Part shown: positions 1 to 8,238 of the stretch, one piece after another
How positions within the stretch are numbered: the stretch's first letter is position 1
Layout: every line of letters begins with the position of its first letter
Assembly: GCA_045616065.1 (NCBI GenBank)
Contig: JAZLFZ010000076.1
Span: forward strand, 20,216-84,215
DNA from: Bacteroidaceae bacterium
GTDB taxonomy: Bacteria > Bacteroidota > Bacteroidia > Bacteroidales > Bacteroidaceae
Direction: 5' to 3'
DNA length: 64,000 bases
Notes under the pieces: model-generated
Told to the model about the DNA's origin: nothing
Database searches by the model: none
Seen by the model: the letters and a program-made list of their open reading frames with translations, nothing else
Made by a program: the position numbers and the translations under genes

Positions 1-322
1 ACATACGTGTATAATGGAGGTCGGAAGAAGGGCGGAACGAACGGACGGGCGACACGGTATAGCCTTCCGACTGGAGGAAACGTGTCAGGCGGACCAGTGT
101 CATTGTCTTGCCACATGAGGGTGGACCGAAGAGGACGACAATGGGGGTGTCCTGATCGGCGATGGTGACGATGATTTTATTGGGGTCAGTCTGCTCCTCT
201 GCAGTCAGGCCGTGGGTGGTAGAGCCAAAGGTGCCTGCAGACTCATTCTGTGCGCTGTTCGTCAGTGTTTCGGCTGCTGTATGGCTGCCATTCTCGCTGA
301 CGTTGTTGATAGATATTCCCAT
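1..322 (-). CDS. P-loop NTPase, N-terminal fragment (gene continues past the left edge)
   Basis: Absent from the ORF track because there is no stop in the window. ATG at 322-320 lies 6 nt after the stop of the upstream gene. My translation MGISINNVSENGS...DTPIVVLFGPPSCGKTMTLVRLTRFLQSEG has a Walker A GxxxxGKT after a low-complexity leader of about 60 aa. Confidence 0.55.
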   Translation of the reverse strand, partial: MGISINNVSENGSHTAAETLTNSAQNESAGTFGSTTHGLTAEEQTDPNKIIVTIADQDTPIVVLFGPPSCGKTMTLVRLTRFLQSEGYTVSPVRSFRPSSDLHYTRM

Positions 323-328
323 TCTTGT

Positions 329-1381
329 TTATTTCTTTTTGAATGCAATGTCGAAGAAGATGAAGGCCGCAAAGTCTACCAGCACCGAAATGATGATCCA
401 GAAGACAAAGCTCAGACCGCCCGTCTCGCCTTTGACAAAGTCCACCCACACGTCGTAGACGCTGAGCAGTCGTTTCACTTTGGTCTCGGGGTTGGGAGCT
501 GTGTAGGCTGCTTTGTCGCCCTCGCTGTTGAAGGCCACGAACTCCTGGTAGGTCTTGATGGTGGTATAGCCCTCGTTGAGTGCTTCGCATACACGCTTCA
601 CGTCGTCTGACGAACTGAGCGAGATGTTTTTCTTCTCAATGTCCTTGGTGATGGCCTCCAGTGCCTTCCAATTGGCGTCGGCTATCTGCTTGAAGTTCGC
701 ATTGGCGGGACTCATCTCCTGTTTGATGTTGGCTATCTTGCTGTCCAACAGGATGTATATCTTCTTGCGATAGGCGTCGTAGAGCACTTGGCGCTCCTCC
801 TTCGTCACGCCCTTGTAGGAGAGCGGTTCCACCTTGGCTACGCCCAGCAGTTCTGCAAACTCGCGCAGTATGTCGTTCGACTTGGGGCCAAAGCCGGGGT
901 TGGCCTCGTTCTCAATTTCTGCCTTCAGCTCTCCCAACTTGATGTCCACCTGGTTGCGAGTCTGTGCGATGCGCTGCTGTATCTTACCTTCCGTCAGGGT
1001 GTTGTCCTTAATCTGAGCCAGATAGCCCTGTGTGGTGAGCGCGTCGCTCGTCACACGTTCGTGGATGAGGTTGCGGTAGAAGAAGGTGTGGGTATTGGTG
1101 GGCATGCTGCACACCAGCCAGAAAATGAGTACGATGAAGAGTCCGCCCAGCAACCTTGTGCCTCGGTTCTCCATGTAGATGTGCTGGTTCAGGCTGTCGG
1201 CCATCATCTTGGTGCCCAGCGAGGCGATGAAGAAGAAGCCGATGGTGACGATCCAGCAGAAGAGGGCCGGAAGGTCAGGCAGCAGCAGATGTAGCGACTC
1301 GGCCGTGGCCCAGCAGCTGACTGCGGCAAAGGAGAGGAATCCAAAGACAGTGAATAGCTTGACGTATGGATTTTCGTTCAT
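329..1381 (-). CDS. Hypothetical integral membrane protein with a long central helical/coiled-coil region
   Basis: 350-aa ORF with several hydrophobic segments in the first ~110 aa, a charged heptad-like middle (KLGELKAEIENE...) and a C-terminal hydrophobic helix (FVFWIIISVLVDFAAFIFF). A promoter box lies upstream. No family recognised. Confidence 0.7.
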   Translation of the reverse strand: MNENPYVKLFTVFGFLSFAAVSCWATAESLHLLLPDLPALFCWIVTIGFFFIASLGTKMMADSLNQHIYMENRGTRLLGGLFIVLIFWLVCSMPTNTHTFFYRNLIHERVTSDALTTQGYLAQIKDNTLTEGKIQQRIAQTRNQVDIKLGELKAEIENEANPGFGPKSNDILREFAELLGVAKVEPLSYKGVTKEERQVLYDAYRKKIYILLDSKIANIKQEMSPANANFKQIADANWKALEAITKDIEKKNISLSSSDDVKRVCEALNEGYTTIKTYQEFVAFNSEGDKAAYTAPNPETKVKRLLSVYDVWVDFVKGETGGLSFVFWIIISVLVDFAAFIFFDIAFKKK

Positions 1382-1424
1382 GATGAGGTATTCTTGTAAC
1401 GTGTTAGTATGTACATAATCGTGA

Positions 1425-1432
1425 CAAAGTTA
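1425..1432 (-). promoter_or_regulatory. Bacteroidota -7 box TAACTTTG for the 1381-1 operon
   Basis: Reverse complement of caaagtta matches TAnnTTTG, 44 nt upstream of the ATG at 1381. Confidence 0.45.
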
Positions 1433-1548
1433 CTACTTTTTTTTAATATTTCCTCCTTAAATGCGCCTCAAACGTGTGGAATGACTGGTATTTTATATTT
1501 TTCTGCGAGAAAAGTGACAATATGCGAGTGAAACTCAGATTTTATTGT

Positions 1549-1556
1549 TACCTTTG
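1549..1556 (+). promoter_or_regulatory. Bacteroidota -7 box TACCTTTG for the GH3 gene
   Basis: tacctttg lies 37 nt upstream of the ATG at 1593. Confidence 0.5.
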
Positions 1557-1592
1557 CTATACCATATTAATATGAACTGAACAAAACACGTT

Positions 1593-4217
1593 ATGAGAAG
1601 AAAGACATGTATTGTGGCAGCTCTTTGCTTTGCCCTTGGCAGCGTGCATGCCCAGCAGCTGCCTTACCAGAACAACAACCTGTCGGCGCACGAGCGTGCT
1701 GTGGACCTTTGTAGCCGTCTGACCCTTGAGGAGAAGGCACAGCTGATGCTCGACGATTCGCCCGCCATACCCCGACTGGGCATCAAGCGCTGGCAGTGGT
1801 GGAGCGAGGCGCTGCATGGCTACGCCAATATGGGCAATGTGACCAACTTTCCTGAGCCCATCGGAATGGCCGCTTCGTTCAATGATAAGTTGGTGCAGCG
1901 GGTCTTCGATGCCGTGAGCACCGAGGCGCGTGCCAAGTGGAACGTGCTGCAGAAGAATGGTGACGAGGTGACGCGTTTCCACGCTCTGAGTGTCTGGACA
2001 CCCAACGTGAATATCTTTCGCGACCCACGCTGGGGACGCGGTCAGGAGACGTATGGTGAGGATCCTTATCTGACGGGCTTGATGGGCAATGCAGTGGTGC
2101 GAGGCCTGCAGGGTCCCGAGGATGCCAAGTACCGCAAACTGTGGGCTTGTGCCAAACATTATGCCGTGCACAGCGGTCCGGAGTGGAGTCGCCATACGGC
2201 CGATGTGAACAATGTCTCATTGCGCGACCTCTACGAGACCTATCTGCCTGCCTTCAAGACGCTTGTGGAGGACGGCCAGGTTCGCGAGGTGATGTGCGCC
2301 TATCAGCGTTATGACAACGAGCCTTGCTGCTCGAGCACCCGTATCCTGCAGCAGATTCTGCGTGAGGAGTGGGGGTTCAAGTATCTGGTAGTCAGTGACT
2401 GCAGTGCCGTGTCGGATATCCATCAGACGCACAAGGTGGCCAGCGATGCCGTGCATTCGGCTGCTCGTGCTGCGCTGGCTGGAACGGATGTGGAGTGTGG
2501 TTACGACTATGCCTACAAGAGCATTCCCGATGCTGTGAAGCGTGGTCTCATTAGTCAAGCAGAGGTAGACAAGCACGTAGTGCGTCTGCTGGAGGGGCGC
2601 TTCGACCTAGGCGAGATGGACGATCCCTCACAGGTGGAGTGGAGCACGATTCCTGCCTCTGTGTGCGAGAGCAAAGAGCACCTCAACCTGGCCCTCGAAA
2701 TGGCACGACAGACGCAGGTGCTGCTGCAGAACCGTAACAATGCCTTGCCGCTCAAAAAGGGTGAGAAGGTGGCTGTCATCGGTCCCAACGCAGCCAACCA
2801 GACCATGATGTGGGGAAACTACAACGGTACGCCTACCACGACGGTGACCATACTGGACGGCATACGTAAGTATAACAGTAAGGTGAAATACATGCAGGGT
2901 TGCGACTTGACGGACGAGAACATCGTGACCGACCTCTTCGACCAATGTTCGTTTGAGGGTAGGAAGGGATTCAAGGGTACGTTCTGGAACAACACCAAGC
3001 GGGAGGGAACGCCTGTGACCACGGCCTACTATACCCGTCCCTTCAGTAAGACTACAGCTGGTAACTACCAGTTTGCCAACGGTGTGAACCTCACTGGGTT
3101 CAGCGCGCAGTACGAGACGGTGTTCCGCCCCAAGGAGTCGGGCGAGGTGGTCATCAACGTGGAGTCGGTGAGCCAGTTCGACGTGGTGGTTGACGGCAAG
3201 ACACTCACCCGGCAGAACACTTGGCGTGTGACGCCCACTCGCAATGTCTTGCAGGTTGTGGCAGGCAAGGAGTACAAGGTGGAGATTCATTTTGCACACG
3301 TGCCTACCTGGGGTGCAAGCATCAAGGTGAACATCGGCCGTGAGTCGCACATCGACTATCAGGCCCTCATCGACCAACTGAAGGGCATCGACAAGGTTAT
3401 CTTCGTGGGCGGTATTGCTCCCAGCCTCGAGGGCGAGGAGATGCCTGTGCAGATAGATGGCTTCAAGGGTGGCGATCGTACGCATATCGAGTTGCCCCTT
3501 GTGCAGCGTAACTTCATGAAAGCCTTGAAGGAGAGTGGCAAGCATGTTGTCTTCGTTTGCTGCTCTGGTTCGGCAATCGCGTTGGCACCTGAGAGCGAGT
3601 ACTGCGATGCCATACTGCAATCGTGGTATGCGGGTCAGGAGGGTGGCAAGGCTGTGGCCGAAGTGTTGTATGGTCAGTATAATCCCAGCGGCAAGCTGCC
3701 CATCACGTTCTATCGTGACAGCCAGCAGATCGGCGACTTCGAGGACTACAAGATGGAGGGTCGCACGTATCGTTACATGCGCCACGATAAGCCCCTCTTC
3801 CCCTTTGGTCATGGCCTGAGCTATACGACCTTTGAGATTGGCAAGGCTGCCCTGAGCAGTACCACACTGGATGTTACACTCGCTGGAGGAAAGCCCAGTC
3901 AGGCCAGCCTTAAGCTGTCCATACCCGTCAGCAACACGGGCAAGATGGATGGTACAGAGATTGTACAGCTCTACGTTCGTAATCCGCAAGACCCTGCAGG
4001 CCCGGTGATGCAGCTGCGTGGTTTCCAGCGCGTTGACGTCAAGGCAGGTCAGACCACCACGGCCGAGATACAGCTCGATGCCAAGTCGTTCGAATGGTTC
4101 GACGAGCAGACGGGCACTATCCATACCAAGTCCGGTCAGTACGAGTTGCTCTATGGCAACACGTCCGATGTCACCGCCTTGCAGTCCGCTATGGTAACCG
4201 TCGTCGACAAACGATAA
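1593..4217 (+). CDS. Glycoside hydrolase family 3 beta-glucosidase/beta-xylosidase with inserted PA14-like domain
   Basis: 874 aa with signal peptide MRRKTCIVAALCFALGSVHAQ. GH3 motifs are FRDPRWGRGQETYGEDP and YLVVSDCSAV (nucleophile region). A PA14-like segment of about 140 aa (FKGTFWNNTKREG...KVEIHFAHV) sits between the catalytic halves, followed by a C-terminal Fn3-like region. Confidence 0.93.
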   Translation: MRRKTCIVAALCFALGSVHAQQLPYQNNNLSAHERAVDLCSRLTLEEKAQLMLDDSPAIPRLGIKRWQWWSEALHGYANMGNVTNFPEPIGMAASFNDKLVQRVFDAVSTEARAKWNVLQKNGDEVTRFHALSVWTPNVNIFRDPRWGRGQETYGEDPYLTGLMGNAVVRGLQGPEDAKYRKLWACAKHYAVHSGPEWSRHTADVNNVSLRDLYETYLPAFKTLVEDGQVREVMCAYQRYDNEPCCSSTRILQQILREEWGFKYLVVSDCSAVSDIHQTHKVASDAVHSAARAALAGTDVECGYDYAYKSIPDAVKRGLISQAEVDKHVVRLLEGRFDLGEMDDPSQVEWSTIPASVCESKEHLNLALEMARQTQVLLQNRNNALPLKKGEKVAVIGPNAANQTMMWGNYNGTPTTTVTILDGIRKYNSKVKYMQGCDLTDENIVTDLFDQCSFEGRKGFKGTFWNNTKREGTPVTTAYYTRPFSKTTAGNYQFANGVNLTGFSAQYETVFRPKESGEVVINVESVSQFDVVVDGKTLTRQNTWRVTPTRNVLQVVAGKEYKVEIHFAHVPTWGASIKVNIGRESHIDYQALIDQLKGIDKVIFVGGIAPSLEGEEMPVQIDGFKGGDRTHIELPLVQRNFMKALKESGKHVVFVCCSGSAIALAPESEYCDAILQSWYAGQEGGKAVAEVLYGQYNPSGKLPITFYRDSQQIGDFEDYKMEGRTYRYMRHDKPLFPFGHGLSYTTFEIGKAALSSTTLDVTLAGGKPSQASLKLSIPVSNTGKMDGTEIVQLYVRNPQDPAGPVMQLRGFQRVDVKAGQTTTAEIQLDAKSFEWFDEQTGTIHTKSGQYELLYGNTSDVTALQSAMVTVVDKR

Positions 4218-4424
4218 GCATGTCACAGGGACAGGTCAGACTCTAATTTGCGTCTTTCAATCTGCAGAGAGTGCCTGGCGTCCGCAATTCCAGAACTGAA
4301 ATGCCGGTTAATTACCCTTTTGTTTTGCCGAATGACGAAATAATGTGACCAGTAATGTAGCCCACATTTTTAAAATTGAAGAAGAATAGAATACAAAAGT
4401 CCGAAGAACTAACATAAAGAAGAT

Positions 4425-4754
4425 ATGAAGAAAGTCATTAAAGCTGTTCTGCTCACTCTCTTCTCTGCCCACGCTATGGCTGAGAATATCCAAACCATTG
4501 TATACACTCCCACGCCAAAGATGGTATGCGAGAAATGCGAGAAAAAGATCAAGGACAACCTTCGATTCGTAAAAGGCACCAAGAAGATAGAGACATCACT
4601 CAAAGACCAGACCATCTCCATCACCTTTGATGCAGATAAGGCCAAGACTGACCAGTATGTAAAGGCGTTGGCCAAGCTGGGGCGCGAGGTAAAGGAGGTG
4701 AGTGTCTCAGATACGTCCGATAAGCAGTCAGGTAACCAATCGAATAGAAAATAG
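4425..4754 (+). CDS. Secreted heavy-metal-associated (HMA) domain protein
   Basis: 109 aa with signal peptide MKKVIKAVLLTLFSAHAMA, then an HMA-type CxxC motif (KMVCEKCEKKIKDNLRFVKG) and a Ser/Gln/Asn-rich tail. Confidence 0.8.
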   Translation: MKKVIKAVLLTLFSAHAMAENIQTIVYTPTPKMVCEKCEKKIKDNLRFVKGTKKIETSLKDQTISITFDADKAKTDQYVKALAKLGREVKEVSVSDTSDKQSGNQSNRK

Positions 4755-4985
4755 GTAGTGATATTCCATTTGGCACAAGCAGAAATGTCAATCCGAGGAA
4801 CTGCTTTTGCTGACGTGCAAATGCTGTTTTCTATTTAGCGACGTCTCACAATTTCCATCAAGGAAACACAAATCGTAGAGACGGGCTGATATTTGTATTT
4901 TGCCTGTCGGTAAAAGCCGTTCCTCGGGATAACATTACAGCTTAATGCCTAATAGCTTTTCGTTACCTGTTTTTCTTGTATACTG

Positions 4986-5034
4986 AAAAAGGGTGTATCA
5001 AATCGCTTTGCAGTGATTTGATACACCCTCTTTA
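4986..5034. terminator. Bidirectional rho-independent terminator
   Basis: 14-bp perfect stem gggtgtatcaaatc / gatttgatacaccc with a 10-nt loop, flanked by aaaaa on the left and tctttagttt on the right. It lies between convergent genes 4425-4754 (+) and 5057-6109 (-). Confidence 0.8.
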
Positions 5035-5056
5035 GTTTGAGAATGTTTTCTTTTCG

Positions 5057-6109
5057 CTAAAAAATGTTGTAGGCCAACTTAACTTCCAGAACGGGGAATA
5101 CGGGGAGGTTTTTGGCCAGATTACTGTATTTCTTGATGACGTTGCTTGTCACATCGACTTCTTTCAGTATGTCTATTGTACACCTGTTGATGATAGGATT
5201 CCTGCCATACTCGTCGTAAGTGATGTCGGTCGGACCGTTCTCATCGCCAACATATCCGTTGCAGTAAATCTTGGGAGTGCCCCAGATCATGATTCCTGCG
5301 TCGAAACCGAAATTCCAACGCTTGTCTTTGCCTAGTAATGTGTTATAGCCAAATCCTATATAGGGTTTGAAGGCATTGACAAACATCTCGGCCTTGAGAT
5401 TGCCCTGAGGGTCTGGATCCAGATAAAAGAAGCTTCCGTCAGAGAGAGTTCCCACATTCATTCCGATTCTGCCATAATACTTGAAGCCATCCTTCATGTA
5501 CTGTCCGGCATAAGGATCCATCTCGTAGCTTAAGTCGCCGATTGAGAGGCTAGGGTACTCGTATTCGTCCAGCGTCTGGGTCTGGTCATACATCTTGTTG
5601 TAGATGTTCATTGCCAGGGTGGTGATTTGCTCATTCACCGAGTTGCAGAAACTTATCGTCTTGCGTGAACCTACATAGAAACCGACAGAGAAATGCCAGT
5701 TCTTCTTGGCGAATGGATACCAGTCGAGAATTACCTTCCCATTGTAGTAGCCCATCTTACGTTCCATATCTACGATGCTGTCGACATCATTGTTCTGTAC
5801 AAAGCCGCGAAGGAACTTAACCAATCGGCCAGTTTTGTACTCTATCTGTGAGTCGGTGCCTTGTAACACGCCAAGACGTGTCATTTCGTATCCTTCAATG
5901 TCAGAAATCTTAGGCATCCACGAAAAGCCGGCACGCAACTTGAGGTTCTTATTCAGGGGAACACCCACGTCAAGACCCACTCCCGTTGTGCCTGCAGTGG
6001 CTCCTATCTCCATGTGCTCGAATGCATGGGAGCTTTCCAATCCGTAATGCGAATTCTGCGCAAAGACTGCACAAGGTATAAATGCAAGAAGATACAGGAA
6101 CTTTCTCAT
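5057..6109 (-). CDS. Outer-membrane beta-barrel protein (unassigned family), last gene of the surface operon
   Basis: 350 aa with signal peptide MRKFLYLLAFIPCAVFAQ, alternating hydrophobic strands and a C-terminal beta-signal ending LEVKLAYNIF. The start is 2 nt after the stop of the upstream gene. Confidence 0.7.
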   Translation of the reverse strand: MRKFLYLLAFIPCAVFAQNSHYGLESSHAFEHMEIGATAGTTGVGLDVGVPLNKNLKLRAGFSWMPKISDIEGYEMTRLGVLQGTDSQIEYKTGRLVKFLRGFVQNNDVDSIVDMERKMGYYNGKVILDWYPFAKKNWHFSVGFYVGSRKTISFCNSVNEQITTLAMNIYNKMYDQTQTLDEYEYPSLSIGDLSYEMDPYAGQYMKDGFKYYGRIGMNVGTLSDGSFFYLDPDPQGNLKAEMFVNAFKPYIGFGYNTLLGKDKRWNFGFDAGIMIWGTPKIYCNGYVGDENGPTDITYDEYGRNPIINRCTIDILKEVDVTSNVIKKYSNLAKNLPVFPVLEVKLAYNIF

Positions 6110-6111
6110 TT

Positions 6112-8235
6112 TTATTTAACGATATATTTGTGATTGTTCTTGATAACCAAACCCTTGCGGTTAGCAGAAGAGTTGAGCTTGCGACCATTGAGGTCGTAGG
6201 TTTTCTCCTTTGAATTAATGTTTCGGATGCCCTTGATTGCCGTTTCGGTGTTGGCTGACTGGTTGAAGGTGATATCCTTAGTAACAGTCTGTCCATCAAC
6301 GCCGGTTGCGGTGATGGTGACAACAAATCCTTGACGGGGTTCTTCGGTCTCGTTGGTTGAAACGCTGACAACACCATCTTTGAGGGTAAATCCTTCTACG
6401 GCATTCTTCACCTCATAGCTCAAGTCAACTTCTTTGTCTTCTACTGCACCACTTGTATATTTGACTGCCTGGGTTGCAATCACGTTAAGGCTGATGTCGT
6501 ATCTGCCTTCAACATAATGGAAGTTAACTTCCTTGTCCATGGGAGCGAGGTAGATTTCGCCGTAACTGATAACCTCGTTGGCTTGCTGATAGATGTCGAT
6601 AGAGCCGAATGTTACTTCGCAGTTCTTCAAAGCGTTGAAGTCCGTTCTCTCTGCTTTCAGTTCATTGCCTTGAGCATCGGTGAGTACGAGGGATGCGGGT
6701 TGACTTGTGCCAACGACACTTCTCTCCTTCAGAGTTCTCATCAGTGACTCATGCTCTATGTATTCGCCGTATGCAATAACCTCCTGCTGAGCAGAGACTT
6801 CACTGTCTTTATAACTTCCGTCAGAAAGGAAAGTACGAGTGATGTATGCATAGCTTACCTTAGCCATGGCTCTGTCCTTACCGCCGGCTGCGGGAATGTC
6901 TGTGCCCAATTCAGAGGTAGTAGCGGATACTGTTACGTCTTTTGCAATGAGAGCCTTACCGACTTCGGTGATAGTAGACTTCTTGGAAATCTGGTTGAAG
7001 GTAATGTCCTGTGTCGCTGTCTTATTGGCAGCACCTTTTGCGGTTACGGTCACAACAAATCCATTGCGTGCATCATCGGTGTTATTGCTGGTTGCGCTAA
7101 CAACACTTTCTTTCAAGTTGAAGCCTTCTACGGCATTCTTTATTGCATAGCTAATTTCTGCAGCCTTTTCTTCCGATGCACCGCTTGTGTACTTGAGGGT
7201 TTGGCTTGCCTTTACATTCTGTGCAATGTCGTATGTGCTTTCCTCGTATGAAAAGTTTACTTGTGTGTCCTTTACCTCGAGTTTGATGTCACTTGTCTCT
7301 GTGAGTGCGTTAGCCTCCTGATAGATGTCGAGAGGATTGATGCTAACCTCACAATCTTTCAGTGCATTAAGAACAGTTCCTTCCGCTTTCAATACTTTGC
7401 CATCGGCATCGGTAAGCTGAGGTGCAGTAGGTTGGCTCTTGCCAGCAATTGCTCTTTCCTTGATGGTTTGTTCTAACGAGGGCTTCTCTACATATTCGCC
7501 ATAAACCGTGATTTCCTTCTTTGCAGAAGCTTCACCATCTTTATAGGTTCCGTTTGACAAGAAGGTACGGGTGAAGTATGCATAGCTTACTTTAGCAACT
7601 GCTCTGTCCTTGCCACCGGCGGCGGGGATGTCCTTCCCCAGTTCTGATGTGGTGGTATAAACGGTTACGCCTGAAGCAATGTTAGCCTTGCCAATCTCTG
7701 TGATTATCTCAGGGATTGTCATCTTGGATACTTTGTCAGTAGGATAAACTTGGCCTTCTGCCGATCCATCCTTTGCGAGGTTCTGGTTGGTCACCTTAAC
7801 CTCGTAGCTGCCTGGTTTCATATCGGTAGAAGTCAGATAGTAGAATGTAAGGATGGCGCCAGAGGTACCGTGAATCTTTAAGTCGGGATCTGAGTGGTAG
7901 AGTGTTACTCGATAGAATCCGTCCTTGGGAGTTACATCGAAGTCCGCTCTGCAGGCTCCTTTCTTGAATTCGAAACGTGTCTCGGAGGCATCGCATTGCA
8001 CGTCGCCCTCGTCCAGAGCCAATGTCATACCTTGAGGCAGATAGAGGTCGAACATGAGGGAAGTGTATGTGTCGGCAACAGCGTTGACCAACTCTACATC
8101 GAAAGAATAATCCTTGTTGTAGTCGTTCTGTGTGATTCCTGCTTTTGCTTCGAAATCAACAATATGCAGGTAGTCTTCTGCCTTGGCTACTGTCAAGCCT
8201 AAGAGCATGACTAATGAAAGTAGAATCTTTTTCAT
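6112..8235 (-). CDS. Secreted surface protein: cohesin-like N-terminal module, two 244-aa tandem repeats, T9SS C-terminal sorting domain
   Basis: 707 aa with signal peptide MKKILLSLVMLLGLTVAKA. Residues ~20-155 show a beta-sandwich-like pattern (FDVELVNAV...LMFDLYLPQGMT...GSYEVKVTNQNLA). Residues 178-421 and 422-665 are clearly homologous. The C-terminus KTYDLNGRKLNSSANRKGLVIKNNHKYIVK resembles a Por secretion tail. Confidence 0.75.
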   Translation of the reverse strand: MKKILLSLVMLLGLTVAKAEDYLHIVDFEAKAGITQNDYNKDYSFDVELVNAVADTYTSLMFDLYLPQGMTLALDEGDVQCDASETRFEFKKGACRADFDVTPKDGFYRVTLYHSDPDLKIHGTSGAILTFYYLTSTDMKPGSYEVKVTNQNLAKDGSAEGQVYPTDKVSKMTIPEIITEIGKANIASGVTVYTTTSELGKDIPAAGGKDRAVAKVSYAYFTRTFLSNGTYKDGEASAKKEITVYGEYVEKPSLEQTIKERAIAGKSQPTAPQLTDADGKVLKAEGTVLNALKDCEVSINPLDIYQEANALTETSDIKLEVKDTQVNFSYEESTYDIAQNVKASQTLKYTSGASEEKAAEISYAIKNAVEGFNLKESVVSATSNNTDDARNGFVVTVTAKGAANKTATQDITFNQISKKSTITEVGKALIAKDVTVSATTSELGTDIPAAGGKDRAMAKVSYAYITRTFLSDGSYKDSEVSAQQEVIAYGEYIEHESLMRTLKERSVVGTSQPASLVLTDAQGNELKAERTDFNALKNCEVTFGSIDIYQQANEVISYGEIYLAPMDKEVNFHYVEGRYDISLNVIATQAVKYTSGAVEDKEVDLSYEVKNAVEGFTLKDGVVSVSTNETEEPRQGFVVTITATGVDGQTVTKDITFNQSANTETAIKGIRNINSKEKTYDLNGRKLNSSANRKGLVIKNNHKYIVK
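6241..7704 (-). repeat. In-frame tandem duplication, 2 x 732 nt (2 x 244 aa) inside CDS 6112-8235
   Basis: Both units start ITE(I/V)GKA.IA and end DITFNQ. They share long identical blocks, for example TTSELG.DIPAAGGKDRA.AKVSYAY.TRTFLS and KNAVEGF.LK..VVS. Confidence 0.9.
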
Positions 8236-8238
8236 TGT

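Noticed and set aside
2628-4226. 532-aa minus-strand ORF antisense to the GH3 gene. Similar long antisense ORFs occur at 10675-11871, 21069-22433, 22309-23496, 23615-25246, 27137-27949, 38610-39455, 39627-40463, 42391-43494, 44204-45115, 47272-48879, 48903-49868, 50968-51588, 55816-56649, 58184-58948 and 59233-60582.
   Set aside because: Each lies fully inside a gene with strong family motifs on the other strand. Their products are Leu/Val/His/Gly-rich with no motifs, as expected for stop-poor shadow frames of codon-biased genes.
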